DNA from: Selaginella moellendorffii
Lineage: Eukaryota; Plantae; Lycopodiophyta
Direction of reading: 5' to 3'
NCBI RefSeq assembly: GCF_000143415.4
Contig: NW_003314436.1
Coordinates: 123,402 to 160,093, forward strand
Length of the DNA stretch: 36,692 nucleotides
Shown here: positions 1-11,769 of the stretch, piece by piece
Layout: every line of letters begins with the position of its first letter
Numbering within the stretch: position 1 is the stretch's first letter
Notes under the pieces: model-generated
What the model was told of the DNA's origin: nothing
Database searches by the model: none
What the model saw: only the letters and a program-made list of their open reading frames with translations
Position numbers and translations under genes: made by a program

Positions 1-1065
1 ATATTAGTATTTGGACTTAGTCTCTGGCTCGATCTCGTACTCAATTTCAGATCCGACTTCGGATTCGGTCTTGGACTCGATCTCGGACTCGATCTCGGAC
101 CCAATCTCGGGCCCGACCTCGGACTCGACCTCGGACTCGGTCTTGGACCCGATTTCGGATCTTGGACTCGGTCTCAAACTCGGTCTTGAACTCGGTCTCG
201 AACTCGGTCCCCGAGTCGGTCTCGGACTCGATTCCGGACTCTATCTCGAACTCGATTCCGGGCTCTATCTCGAACTCGGTCCTAGAGTTGGTCTTGGACT
301 CGATCTTCGACTTGGTCCCATCCGATGAACTCTTTGTCATTTTGGTCATGCTTTCAGGGTTCCTTTAGCCTACGACACCTCGGCGAGTTGGTTCCTTACA
401 CAATGAGCCATAAGGTACTGAAATGGGGCTCCACTCCACATGAGCCAGGAGCACCACAGTCGGTTTCCCTTTCGGGAGTGGGAGCTGCTTTTGAGCACTT
501 CCTTGGGTGGTTCCTCCAGCACCACCCGAGTCCATGCTCACTCCCACCCAAGGCCCCTCGGCCCCAGTCTCAACCTCAAGTCAGTTTGGAAACACCATTG
601 GAGAGTTCCTTCAAGACTGGTTCCTAAACCTCACTATCCCTACTATACTTTTGGAACCCCCTACAGCCCCCCCTTAGGAGACACATGCTTTGGGCTTTCA
701 CCCTACAACCTGTATTAATATTTGGACTTGGTCTTGGACTCGATCTTAGACCCGACCTTAGACTTGGTCTTGGATTTGATCTCGGACTTGATCTCATACT
801 CAATCTCAGACTCTATCTCGGACTCGACCTTGGGCTCAATCTTGGACTTGATCTCGGATCTCGGACTCGGTCTCAAACTCAGTCTCGAACTCGGTCTCGG
901 AGTCAGCCTCGGACTCGATCCCAAACTCTGTCTCAAACTCGATCTTAGAGTCGGTCTTGGACTTGATTTCAGATTTGGTCCCATCCGATGAACTCTTTAT
1001 CATTTTGGTCATGTCTTCGGGGATCTTTTAGCCTACAACACTTTAAGGAGTTGGTTCTTTACAAC
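1..1065. repeat. LTR-like sequence with degenerate (CTCGGW)n hexamer arrays and a ~710-bp-period tandem duplication
   Basis: 1-390 is repeated at ~709-1060 (e.g. GGTCCCATCCGATGAACTCTTT in both). The motif CCTACTATACTTTTGGAACCCC at ~639 recurs, diverged, in the LTR-like elements at ~4788 and ~31086. The hexamer array resembles 31156-31665. Confidence 0.7.
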
Positions 1066-1454
1066 TTTACCACTTATAGAAGAAGTTTAATACCCAAATC
1101 AAACATCTCTTTTTAATCCTATGACTTGTTAACTATGTCTCTGTGGGCATCCCCCCACTTAGTAGTGTGCCTAACTTAGCCTCCCCAGCCAAGAGCCCAT
1201 GACAACGGAATATAAGTGTCCCTATACCCCTCACCTCACCACGCCCTAGTATGGGGTTGGGACTTGAACCCAGCTTTGCTTTAATAGGAGGTTGGGACTT
1301 GAACCCAACCTTTGTAGAATGCATCTACGAATTCGACATTCCTACGAGGAGTCGAGAGTAATTCCCTACGCCTGGTCAACCTATCTAACCCATGCTAATT
1401 AGTTTATCTTCGGCACACCTTCGGATCCCAACATATGCTATTGTTCAATTTCAT

Positions 1455-1554
1455 NNNNNNNNNNNNNNNNNNNNNNNNNNNNNNNNNNNNNNNNNNNNNN
1501 NNNNNNNNNNNNNNNNNNNNNNNNNNNNNNNNNNNNNNNNNNNNNNNNNNNNNN
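1455..1554. other. Assembly gap (100 N)
   Basis: Run of 100 N; contiguity across it is not guaranteed. Confidence 1.
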
Positions 1555-1644
1555 TCATAAATTGATAGTTTAATTGAACTTTGCATAAGTACATAGAGTT
1601 CTACTTTGCAAAAATTCCTCCACTAAGTCTTGCATGTTTATTAA

Positions 1645-1968
1645 GTTCTCCTCCGGTTTCCATGTTGTTTCACAGTGTGGAAGTCCTTTTCATGTCATAT
1701 GGAACTCCCTCACTTCGCATCTTTGTCGCTTGCTCTTGTGCGCATTGAAGATGACCTCGACTTCATATTCCTCTTCCCCTTGGATAACCTCAGGTAAAGG
1801 TCTTACTTGGTCTTTGCGAAGTGGATCCTCAAAGTATGGCTTGAGTAAGTTCATATGGAACACAGGGTTCACCTTCCCTATCTCTCGAGGAAGTCGGAAA
1901 CAATAAGCCACTATATCAATTCGTGCCTCAATCTTGTAAGGCCCCGCAAATCTGCTTAAGGAACTCAA
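1645..1968 (-). pseudogene. Ty3/gypsy (chromovirus) integrase C-terminus: GPY/F motif plus chromodomain
   Basis: RFAGPYKI...AYCFRLP...VNPVFHMNLLKPY (GPY/F module), then EEEYEVEVIF (chromodomain start); purine-rich PPT-like tract on - near 1645. Confidence 0.88.
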
Positions 1969-1999
1969 AATTAGTTCATTTTCAAGAATACATACATTT

Positions 2000-3408
2000 T
2001 TACCTTTGGGTCAACTTCCCAAGCGGGATCCCAAATATTTTCCTGTTTCTTGTGAGCTTTAGAGAAAAGTAATGTACCTATTGCCTCGCATTCTGCTAGC
2101 ATGTTCATACTAGTCGCACTATGAACAACGTCAGCTATCATAACACCGTTCATTACCAATCATTCCTCCTATTTTGGAGAAAAAGTTCTCGCAAATGTTA
2201 GAAGTGGTTCTATTAATTGGAACTGGCAAATGTGAATGGTGATCCCAGAAATATCTATCTCAAAAGCAAAATTAACAAAAGAAAAATATATATGAAATAT
2301 ACATGATTAAAAGGACGACAAAGTGACATGATAATTGAATGTCCAAGAAGCCATTGATGCAGCTCTCACTTGCTCTCCAAGGCTCAAGTATGGGTGCAAA
2401 AAGATACCAATATATGATGCCACCACAACAAGATAAGTTTTAGTTCCCAACGTACGTGAAGGTCTTTTGTATGTTGTTTCTCGCATATTCGAAAGACAAA
2501 CTTGCACTGGTCTGCTACAAAGTCGCTGAGAAACACCCCAGTTTTGTCTATCAGAGCGCCTGACATCCCCGAGTTGCAGTCCGTGTTTACCATGAAAGTT
2601 TTTGAAAACTTCCCAAATGTCATTCAAATGCACAAACTCATCCCCCATAAACAGTTGTCTTATTGCACTATACAATAGATTGATCAACTTCTTCCCATTA
2701 TGCATATAGTCTTGATCATGTATCAAAAGGTTCCTTGTTGAGTTCCACTTTCCAGAGAATAGCCACCCTAACCAAGGTATAGAGTAAGTTCCTGTTGTTG
2801 TATCCCCCAAACTCATATCTTCAAGCATTAGTTTATGCCTTCTCTGGTCTCCATCCGATGAATGGCCAATCAGGGGGCCAACAACATTGTGAAGGTGCTG
2901 TCCCCATAATTGATGGATTGAGTTCCATTGTTGTCGAACATCTCAAGCTGTAAACTGATTGTAAGTAAGCTGAATAGAGAGAACCAAGCATGGCAACTGT
3001 TTGTGCAATGGATTAACCATCAACACTTGTGCATAGTGAGCTTTCTCGTTGTCCAGAAAAGCTTAAGTGATCTGTTCATAACCTACTTCTCCATTCCCAA
3101 CCTTCATGACAAAACCATTCACACACTTGTGACCCTCCCCCTTCTTTCCACAAAACCCAAGCAAAGCATCATCACGAGCAATCCATCTGATCATCCTTTT
3201 AATAACTATTTCATCTTCTGCAATCAAAACAGGCACACTCCCTAGCTTGAGCTGTAAACTCTCCATCTTGAACTTGTAAACCTTAGAAAGGTTAAAAAAT
3301 ATCTCAGATTGCAAACCTGTTGTGTATCTAAAGTTTGTTCTCATATCACGCTTTGTTATTGACAGACTTGGCAATCCAAGGTTCAAGTGAAGGGGGATGG
3401 TCCAAAGT
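2000..3408 (-). pseudogene. P-element/THAP9-like DDE transposase remnant (stops, frameshifts, N-terminus missing)
   Basis: Joined frames read ...VLIAEDE...GHSSDGDQRR...DQDYMHNGKKLIN...DRQNW...SNICENFFSKIGG (~2165-2200). This matches the P-superfamily D, D, DxxH and QDxLENFFS layout. Confidence 0.72.
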
Positions 3409-3460
3409 TGAGTTGAGCTCATGAGTTGAGCTCAATTCAACACAAGTCAACTCAAGTCAA
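3408..3460. repeat. GAGTTGAGCTCAYGAG motif cluster, inverted relative to 15683-15727
   Basis: GAGTTGAGCTCATGAGTTGAGCTCAATT (3410-3437) is nearly the reverse complement of 15683-15710. Confidence 0.75.
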
Positions 3461-3748
3461 TATAGTCAATAAGAAATATTACAAAGGAGATCTAAATTGA
3501 ACAAATGAAGGTTCTAACAAACTTTAAAATATTAAAATACGTAAATATCTAAGTTAAAAGTTTCTATAAGATTGAATTGTTTAAAAAAGACAAAGTTCAT
3601 GAGAACCTATCTTTTATAAAACTATATTATTTTATTATGACAATTGTTACAGCTGTCATATTTGATTTGACTACTTAATATTTTGAATACTTTTACAGCT
3701 GTAGATACTATTCCTTCATTCAAAAGAGTTTTTAGGGTTCTTAAGAAG

Positions 3749-3997
3749 ATGGGAAGCAAGGAAAGTACAAGATTTGTGAGTAAGAGTTATAATGCAAAGG
3801 AATGTGAGAATGCTAATTTTGTTTTACTACCACAATCTTCATATTACACTCCTGGTCCTTATTACCCATCTGAGAATGTGAAAACCATTATCATGATTGA
3901 TAAAAAAACTCCTGTTACTTTTGAAACAACAATCCAGAGCAAGAGAAATGAAGAAATGTACAGCATGGTGGAAAGCACTAAGAAATCTACTCTATAA
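3749..3997 (+). CDS. Small 82-aa 'YYTPG' protein of unknown function, homologous to 28247-28504
   Basis: Open ORF just after a TTTTAG acceptor-like site; shares LPxSxYYTPG, TPVxxETTIQxK and ESTKK with the 28247 ORF. Confidence 0.65.
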   Translation: MGSKESTRFVSKSYNAKECENANFVLLPQSSYYTPGPYYPSENVKTIIMIDKKTPVTFETTIQSKRNEEMYSMVESTKKSTL

Positions 3998-4275
3998 AAC
4001 TTTCCATGACATGTGTAATTTATATATTAATTCATATTAAAAACTCTATTACTTGCCTATATCGCAATCCTCTCATATGACAAGACCAAGGTATATTTTT
4101 GCAATGAATCCTCATTAAAAGTTTTTGGGAGTTGTTTGTGAATAATAATAAAAGAAATCAAAATCTTTCAAAAGACTCAAAAGTAATATCACATCAAAAA
4201 ATCAACTTTATCTACATTTCCAAGATTGAAAGGCAATTTCACATGAGAGAATGGTAGCATGCTAATGTGTTCTAC

Positions 4276-5335
4276 TGTAGTGCACGTGGTTTTTACCCTT
4301 TATCTTATGGTGATTTACCATAGGATAACACCACGAAGCAGAACCTAAACCCTCTTTGTGCCACGTGACAGATGCCACGTGTCCAAAGGACAGTGGTGTG
4401 GATCCGAGTTTTAGGGCCTTGGGCCACTAAATGAAGGAATGGTGCCAAACTCCCAAGCATGGAGCCAAGGAATGACGAAACCGAACCATGGAGCAACTCC
4501 AAGCATACAGCCTAAGGATTGAAGGGATAGGGGCACGAAGCGACTTGGAACAGTCCTAGAGTATCCAACATCCCAATGCCAAGATTAGTATGTAAAACGG
4601 AGCCAAATGGAGTCTGGCGCTATTTTGGCATACCGGTGGCCTAACGCGAGGATAAGAGTACCCCACCAACTAACATGGTATGAAACTTAGGCTTAAACCC
4701 AAGTCGGATGTAGAACAAAGACAGGTACGCAAGCAGGAGCTACACTATGCCTCAGGTTGGTTGGCTATGCCCAACTTACCCATTATCCCTACTATACATT
4801 TGGAACCCCTTACAGCCCCCCCCCGCCCCCTCCCCCGCCCCCCCCACTTGCGAATTTGGATACGGGACGAACACCATTGTGTTCAAGCCAATCTCTACAT
4901 TCCGTAGATATGCCAAATGAGCAAAACTAAACACTTTCCATACTTAGTATTTGGGACTGAATTGAGACTAACACAAAGGGCATGATAGTGAGGGTGTTTG
5001 GCAGACACAGTAAGTTATCATTCAGCGATATTGAGGGACTAGTCTTAATACGCGAGGGTTCTTGTCAAGCCAGTGCAAGACAAAGCAAAAGAAAACTAAA
5101 AAGCCGGGCTAAGTATGCTTGGTTGAATAGACACTTAGGAATTCCATCCTTATGCTCATCCGGCCAAGTACAGATGCAAAGTTCAGTTTACTAACACTTG
5201 AACAAGAGGGACTAATAAAGAGTTTAGCAATACCGACCTCCTATCATCGTGGCAGTAAGGTAAGAGTATCTATAAGAACTGGCTGACAGGTAACTTTTGA
5301 TATCCGAAGTCATATTCATGACATCTACCACTATA
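4276..5335. mobile_element. Solo-LTR-like insertion (~1.06 kb)
   Basis: Termini TGTAGTG...CACTATA (near-inverted); shares the CCCTACTATAC.TTTGGAACCCC..ACAGCCCC motif with ~638-672; flanked by the direct repeat ATGTGTTCTAC/ATGTGTTCTAT. Confidence 0.65.
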
Positions 5336-6699
5336 ATGTGTTCTATATTTCCTTGTAGTCTATTTCTTTAGACATGTGGCATGTGTGGAAAAAAAAATAT
5401 ATGTAGCAAAGTAAGATTTCATCATAATGATAAAGCATGTGTATACACAATAATCTAAAATTCTAGAAGCTCTTATGTTTACAAGAAAGCTATGATTATG
5501 AAGCCCTATTTCCAAGACTGACATTTAAAGAATTTGAGTATTGTTAGTGTCATAATAAATAAACATCATTCCCGAGACTAAAACTTAGTATATAAACTAT
5601 CTAGAAAAGTTATAGTCATTGTAGTTTTTTTGTTCTCCTTGAGCTCCTTGGAAGTTTGTATTAAAATGGCTCAAAGGAAAGTCATTACTACTCACACTTG
5701 GCCCCTCAGCATTTCATATCAATCTCCACCTCCATCCCCAAGTTCTACCAACATTCCACATTCACTTCTACATAGAACTTCTACATCTGAGGGCTCTAAT
5801 GAAACTGAACTAGAGCTCCCTATATATGAAATTCCGAATCTTGCTACTAGAGAGGGATTGCCTCCAGCACTTCAAGAGTAATGCCACATGTTTTTGCAAG
5901 ATCTAGGACTACTTGAAAGCACAGAATGTTATTACATTTAGTATCCAATATGCTACTTTTTCTTGGATAAAACAAATGGCTCTATGGGTTTACAAACTTT
6001 TCTTGATCACTGTAGGAATTGCTCAATGGCGGGTTTGGAAAATGTGCACATATGAATGTACAATAGATTCATAAATGAGTTACGGACACATACCCACTAT
6101 TGCTTCATGGTGAGGAACAACATCCCCTTAGGAAACATTGCATCAGCTAGTGCAAAATATGGGGTTTTTAGGCCACCCTACAATGGAATGTAAGATTTAG
6201 AATTACTTTACTATACTATAGTTTTGTCACTATTAAAAGAAAAAATATAATAAAATGATATTAGTTGTAGGTAACATACTTTGTTCTAGAAAGTGCTATC
6301 ATATCATATACAATTGTTTACAAAATGTTGAAGGAGGAGATGGCAACACATAAGCACTACAAAGTGATGGTGATAAGTGAAAATGATAATTTGTAATTAT
6401 GATATCTAACATTGACACTGACATCTGACACTTTCACTGACATTTGACATATAATAAGCTTTTCATTTTATGTAAGGATGCAATTAACTTTCTTCTACCT
6501 TATCATCAACATATTGATTTCTTTTATGCTTCCTCCTATATTGGTATTGTGGGGAAGGTTCACCTTGCATATGTTGAGCCATGGCTTCTACATAGTCAGA
6601 GAAACTTCCAAAGCCTCCAATTCTAGAAACTCCAGGTGATTGTGATCTATAAAATAGAATTAAACATATATTGAAATTTTAATAAACATAATTTACCTC

Positions 6700-7400
6700 C
6701 TTAAGGTTGGAAGCGACTCACGAAATCCTCTAAGCCGGCATCTGAAAAAATGATGTTCTTCAATAGCAAACACCGACCTAGTAGAGTCATGTGCTGCCTC
6801 CACCATAGAACCGTTACTTGCTGTGCAATCAATCACAACACCATTTGGTGGGCAATAGAGCTCAAGCAAGACTTGTATTGCCGATGGAGTTTGAAATTAA
6901 TATCCTGGAAATGTGTTGTGGATCCGCTCATCCACAAAGTTGGGTATGATGTTAGTGGAACTGTCATACCTAGGTAAAACACGTGCTGCACATTCGCTAT
7001 CACGAAACCCATCATGTGTGTTTCTACAGAAAGCATGATAGATCCACATCATAACCTGGAAAATAAAAATGTTTAGAAATTAGATAAAAATATATACTCA
7101 CCTTTTCAAGCTTCGCTTGGATGTCCCTCGTATTGACGCCAATAGGATCTATGATGCACCCAGAAGAGAATGACTTGAAATGAATTTTTGCTATGCACGT
7201 CATAAGCTCATACATCCAGTTGGGGTCGTTCGGTAGGATGAAAATAATATAGCTAGCTTTGAGTATAAGTGCTTCGGACAAAAAGAATGCATCACGTATG
7301 TGGTTAGGTGTGAGAAAGTTCCAATCCTCAACTTTCCCATCGATATCTGAAAGACCATCTGGAAAGTTGAAGAGAATGAAGTCCGCAACTGGGAGCAAGG
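6700..7400 (-). pseudogene. Beta-class (N6_N4_Mtase-like) DNA methyltransferase domain
   Basis: Motif IV-like ADFILFNFPDG (NFPDG at 7354-7368; cf. D/SPPY) precedes QTPSAIQVLLELYCPPNGVVIDCTASNGSMVEAAHDSTRSVFAIE (manual translation of ~6760-6895). This matches KPxxLxxxLxxYxxxGxxVLDPFxGSGxxxxAAxxxxRxxxGIE. Frameshift near 6895. Confidence 0.8.
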
Positions 7401-9100
7401 GCCTTTGTATCTTTCAACACCAACGGTTGAACTAGCACCGTATACCCATGTGGATGTCATCTTTTGTGAAAGATGTCAACAATCTACTATAAGAGCCAAT
7501 AAAGATACCCACAATGCCTCATTATGTTATTAGAGACACAAGACGGACCTATAAAAGAATTAAGTGAATGAAAAAAGCAATAAATAATATGCTACTGTCA
7601 TATGGCATGTTGTCGATGAGATTTCCTCCAACTCCTCTTCACGAGCATCTTGTCGAGCTAGAATGAAATTACTACCAACAGTCATTGCTGCAAAAAACAT
7701 GTATTACCACCTTTAGTTTGTAAAATTCACTTTTGCTTATCTCGAGGTCAATGTGATATTCTATGAACCACTTGATCATCGTTATTTACTAGTAGAACTT
7801 GATCCAAATCTTGGTTGTTTGATGGTTGAACTGAAGCCTGATCCTGGTTGTCTAGTGGTGGGTGGAACATAAACTTGATCTGGAGCTTCCTCATCCTCGT
7901 CTTCATCATCACTTACATTGCCATCATTACTAGCATTGATAACTTCCTCATGGTCTAGTGTAGAAGTCTCCTTCCTTAGGAACTCCAACTCCTAAGGGCA
8001 TTCTATTTTCCGTGCCTTCGAAACTCTTGCAAACATTTTTGGGTACATTCCTCCATCCTTTACACCCTTTGCAACAAGTCGAGTGCAAATTGATGTTTCA
8101 AATGGCATGCCTCTATATTGAAGATACCTATATATTTAAAAAAAGTCTTAAAAGTCATTTTATACCTATAAGCTACACGTCGCATGAAATAAGGTTGACC
8201 ATGTTGGCAATCATAAGTTGTTGTGCTTGTAGACTTCTCTGGCAGCCACCCCTCTTCGATCCCTTCCAATGATATGTTGATGTAGGTGTTGTAAGACATA
8301 AATGTGCTATCTAGACTGTCACCAATGTGCAGCGCCAAGAACATCTCACCTTCACTTAAAATTTGCGTGATGTAGACAACCTTTCTCATCATGTTCTCAA
8401 ATAGTTCTGGCAATCTTTTCTCTTTGTTCATCAAGCAGACATTGAGGAACTCTAGAGTCTTTATCTGTTGCTTATATAGAAGCTTCAATTTTGCGATATT
8501 GTAAATCATGTCATCTAGAGTTTTGTTCACTGCAAAAGTAATATATGCATAATTGAGAAAAATGAAGTGTGATAAGAAACTTACATTCATGAGAAGAAAT
8601 TTCGGCTATAGTCTCTAGCCCTTTCTTTGGCCTGTGATTGTCTGCAATGCATATTAGTTTCTTCAACTTTGAAGACTTTACATGTTGAATTTTGTACTCA
8701 ATTTGTACAAACTCAGCTGAGAGCTCTTCCTGACTCTTCTCCGGATATGTAAGTTTGTAAGCATCTTGCTTGACCTTTACTAAAGGCTAAAAACCAAAAC
8801 AATTAAAAGAGGCCCTTATAAAATGAAAGGGAAAGACATACTTTGCACCATATAGTGAGCATAAAATTGATTGGGTTGTTGAACTAAGTTGTACTGTCAT
8901 TTTGAGTGTGTGAGTGCTAAACAAGTGTTGCAAGATCATCACTATAATGTTGGCAGATGTCATTCTCACTCATGTTTGCCAAAAATCAAAGTTGCTCGAT
9001 ATCATGGACAAGGTTTTGCTTTTGAACAACAAATTGTCCAAGCCTACATTTAAACACGACAAAACAAGTTAAAGTGGAGTTAGAGGTAAAATTATAAAAC

Positions 9101-9540
9101 TTACGCATTGATCTTTTGCCAGGCCAAGATAAGTCTGTTGACATGCAAAGGTCCCCTTGCGTAGACATGGCTGACTAGAATGTTGATATGGTAGACGGGA
9201 TCATTGCGAAAATGATCGTCGATACACTTCATCCAAGCCCCATATCGATGGTTACCATCAATAATTTGGAACATTGTCCTTGCAAGTTGTCGAGTCTCTG
9301 GATGGTTTATAAGCATGTTATCAAATTCTAGGGACTTCCTCCTCCAAATAGGATCCTAGCTATTCACAATCTCGGGTGTGATGGTAACAATCTCCATTGT
9401 TCCTGGCTTGCAAAAAGAGATTAAAAACATACCGATATTTGTCACAAGGCCATTATGTTTGAACAAGCTATATATGTTTGGGTTGACATACTTGGATGCT
9501 ATGCGGACAAGGTTCGTATGTTGCAAATGGCAAAGGGGGA
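9101..9540 (-). pseudogene. ParB/Sulfiredoxin-like domain
   Basis: MFQIIDGNHRYGAWMKCI contains the GxxRxxA box of ParB-type domains; one in-frame TAG at ~9357. Confidence 0.75.
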
Positions 9541-9764
9541 TTTCTCTGATCAAGTCACAAGGGCCTGACCACTTGAGCGCCTTAGGTGTTTGGTGAACTG
9601 CTTTTTCCCTTGTCCGCATAACCGTCTCTTGGAAGCGCTTGTCCACCACATTGTCAGGAATGTCTGCAACTCTTTCAGCTCCAGGTTGTTCCTCAGGTTC
9701 CCTATCTTGAACACCACTAAATTGCCCAACTTTAGGGATTTGAGCTGGTGGTGGGCCAGCGAGG

Positions 9765-9955
9765 AGTAAGGTGGAGATGGCAGTGGTGATGGTGGGGGTG
9801 GTGGTGGTGGCGGTGGGGGCGGAGGCAATAGTGGTAGTGGTGGTGGCAATGGTGGCAGTGGTAGTGGCGATGATGGTGGTGGAGGTGGTGATGGTGCTGG
9901 TGGAGGTGGCAATGGTGGTGGTGAAGATGGTGATGGCGGAGGTGATGGTGGTGAA
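9765..9955 (-). repeat. Degenerate (CCA)n microsatellite encoding a poly-proline tract
   Basis: GGT-rich on +; in frame as PPPP tracts of ORF 9550-9912. Confidence 0.85.
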
Positions 9956-10188
9956 GCAGTGGATCTCTAAGTAAATATATCTCTATTGATGTGCCAATGA
10001 ACATGTTGATTGTGATGTCATCGTTAGTGCTAAATTGAATTTTTCATGTCTTCTTGGCTCCAACAACCTTTTTATGTGGTACAATTTTCCTTTTCTGCAA
10101 GAGAAAAAATTTTGTTAGTTAAACTAAATAAAGATAATAAGAAATTCAAACAGTAAAAGAGGAAAAAAAAATCAAATGGGCCCAAACT

Positions 10189-10452
10189 CCACCTTGGGCA
10201 CTTTGGTTGCCCAGGGGGCCGAGGTTATTTGAATAACCTCGGCCCCCCGGGCAGCTAAAGTGCCCGAGGTGGCCGGCTTGGGCTCGACTTTGGGCACTTT
10301 GGCCTCTCAAGGGGCCAAGGTTATTTGAATAACCTTAGCCCCTTAGGCAGCCAAACTGCCTGAGGTGGTCGGCCTAGGTAATTTAGCCGCCCAAGGGGCC
10401 AAGATTATTCAAATAACCTTGGCCCCTCAGGTGGCCAAATTGCCCGAGGTGG
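10189..10452. repeat. Three tandem ~84-bp hairpins (core GGGGCCRAGGTTATT-NN-AATAACCTYGGCCCC)
   Basis: Centres at 10230/31, 10326/27 and 10410/11. Unit 1 has imperfect 41-bp arms; unit 3 has a CA rather than TG centre (flipped). Confidence 0.92.
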
Positions 10453-11769
10453 CCGGCTCTAAAGAAGCAATCAAGAAAGAAGCAAGAAGAAAAAAATGAA
10501 AGTGGAAGCACACCCTTGGTGGCATCTTTCCTTCTCGATTTTTCGATTGTGCTGGATTTCTCACGCGCTCAATCTCCGTGAGTGGAGTGCGCGAGAGATC
10601 GAGGGATTGAGTGCAAAGGAGATTGAGGGATTGAGTTTTGAAGGAGATTGAAGGATTGAGTGCGCAAGAGATCGAGCAATTGAGCGCACAAGAGATCAAT
10701 TGAGCGTGCGAGTGCGAACAGTAACCTAATCTTGGCGGCTACTCTAACCCTAATCCTGATGGCTGCCCAACCAATCTCTCATCCTGGCCGTTCATTCCAA
10801 ATAACCTAAATCTCAACCATCACAATATCTTCAATCTTATTTTATCTTATCATTATTATTATATGTGAATTATGCTTCTATATTTTGTATATTTTAATGA
10901 TGATATAACTAGCACCTATCAATGTTTTTGTTATTAGATATATGATATTATTTTTTATAAATTATTTAGAAAGGATGCATTCTCATCAATATTTTGTACT
11001 TATTTTGGAATTGTTACAAGAACTTTAAAGAGTATAAATAAGGCATGTTAAAATATGTTGTACTATATCCATCTATGAATGGATAAATCCTCATCCAGAA
11101 ATTTATTTTGTGTTGTATTAGATTCTAAACAATGCTTTAAATGTTATTGAGCAGTCTTCACAATTATGGATAAAACTTGAGTTGTACTACGAATCAAATC
11201 TGTCATTGAAGAATAAGATTTGACAAGATTTATTATCATCTACCACTTAAAATTTGACAACTTGATATATCATATGTGCTGACAGTCAGATTGGATCTCT
11301 TGGATTGACACGCTATAGCAAAATGTCATTACTGGTACCATTATTAACTATCAAACTTCACATGCTGAAAATCCTTCCTTGGATCTATGTGTATACATGT
11401 ATCAGACATCATAATAAATGACAGTAATATTAATATTGTCACACTTGCACATGTTAAATTTGCTATAGAATTTGAATTTATTTTATACGTTGTTGCTATT
11501 CTTTATTTCTCTCTATTTAAATTTCAATTATGTTTCACTATAGATTTTTACAAGTAGCATAAAGAAAGAGAACTCCAAAATCTATTGAGAAGGATGGAGA
11601 GGTTTTTTCTTCATTTTCTAGATCACCCACCTCTTTAATTCTCTCAGAATATTGTTTTTGAAAGTTTTTTATGTCAGCATTTTGTTCTTTGTCTTGGCTC
11701 TATTTCTTTAGAGGCTGTGATTTGCAATGACACCAGTATAGTTGCATACTTAGAGTTTCTTCTTTTTCA

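Larger units (their letters stand above)
6520..10095 (-). pseudogene. Multi-exon gene: Pro-rich N-terminus, ParB-like domain, acidic linker, beta-class amino-DNA methyltransferase
   Basis: Coding fragments on - separated by short GT-AG intron candidates; ParB-like DGNHRYGAW at ~9233-9259; methyltransferase motifs at 6740-7370; several stops and frameshifts. Joining the fragments into one gene is inferred. Confidence 0.7.

Noticed and set aside
11-991. Multiple overlapping ORFs (LGLGL, ESEIE, SRTRS)
   Set aside because: By-products of stop-poor hexamer repeats in LTR-like DNA.
9550-10004. Extensin or His-rich host gene
   Set aside because: Trinucleotide microsatellite within the N-terminal part of the transposon gene; the other frames are artefacts.
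10189-10452. CRISPR array, tRNA or terminators
   Set aside because: Whole units are repeated without unique spacers; no cloverleaf or U-tract.
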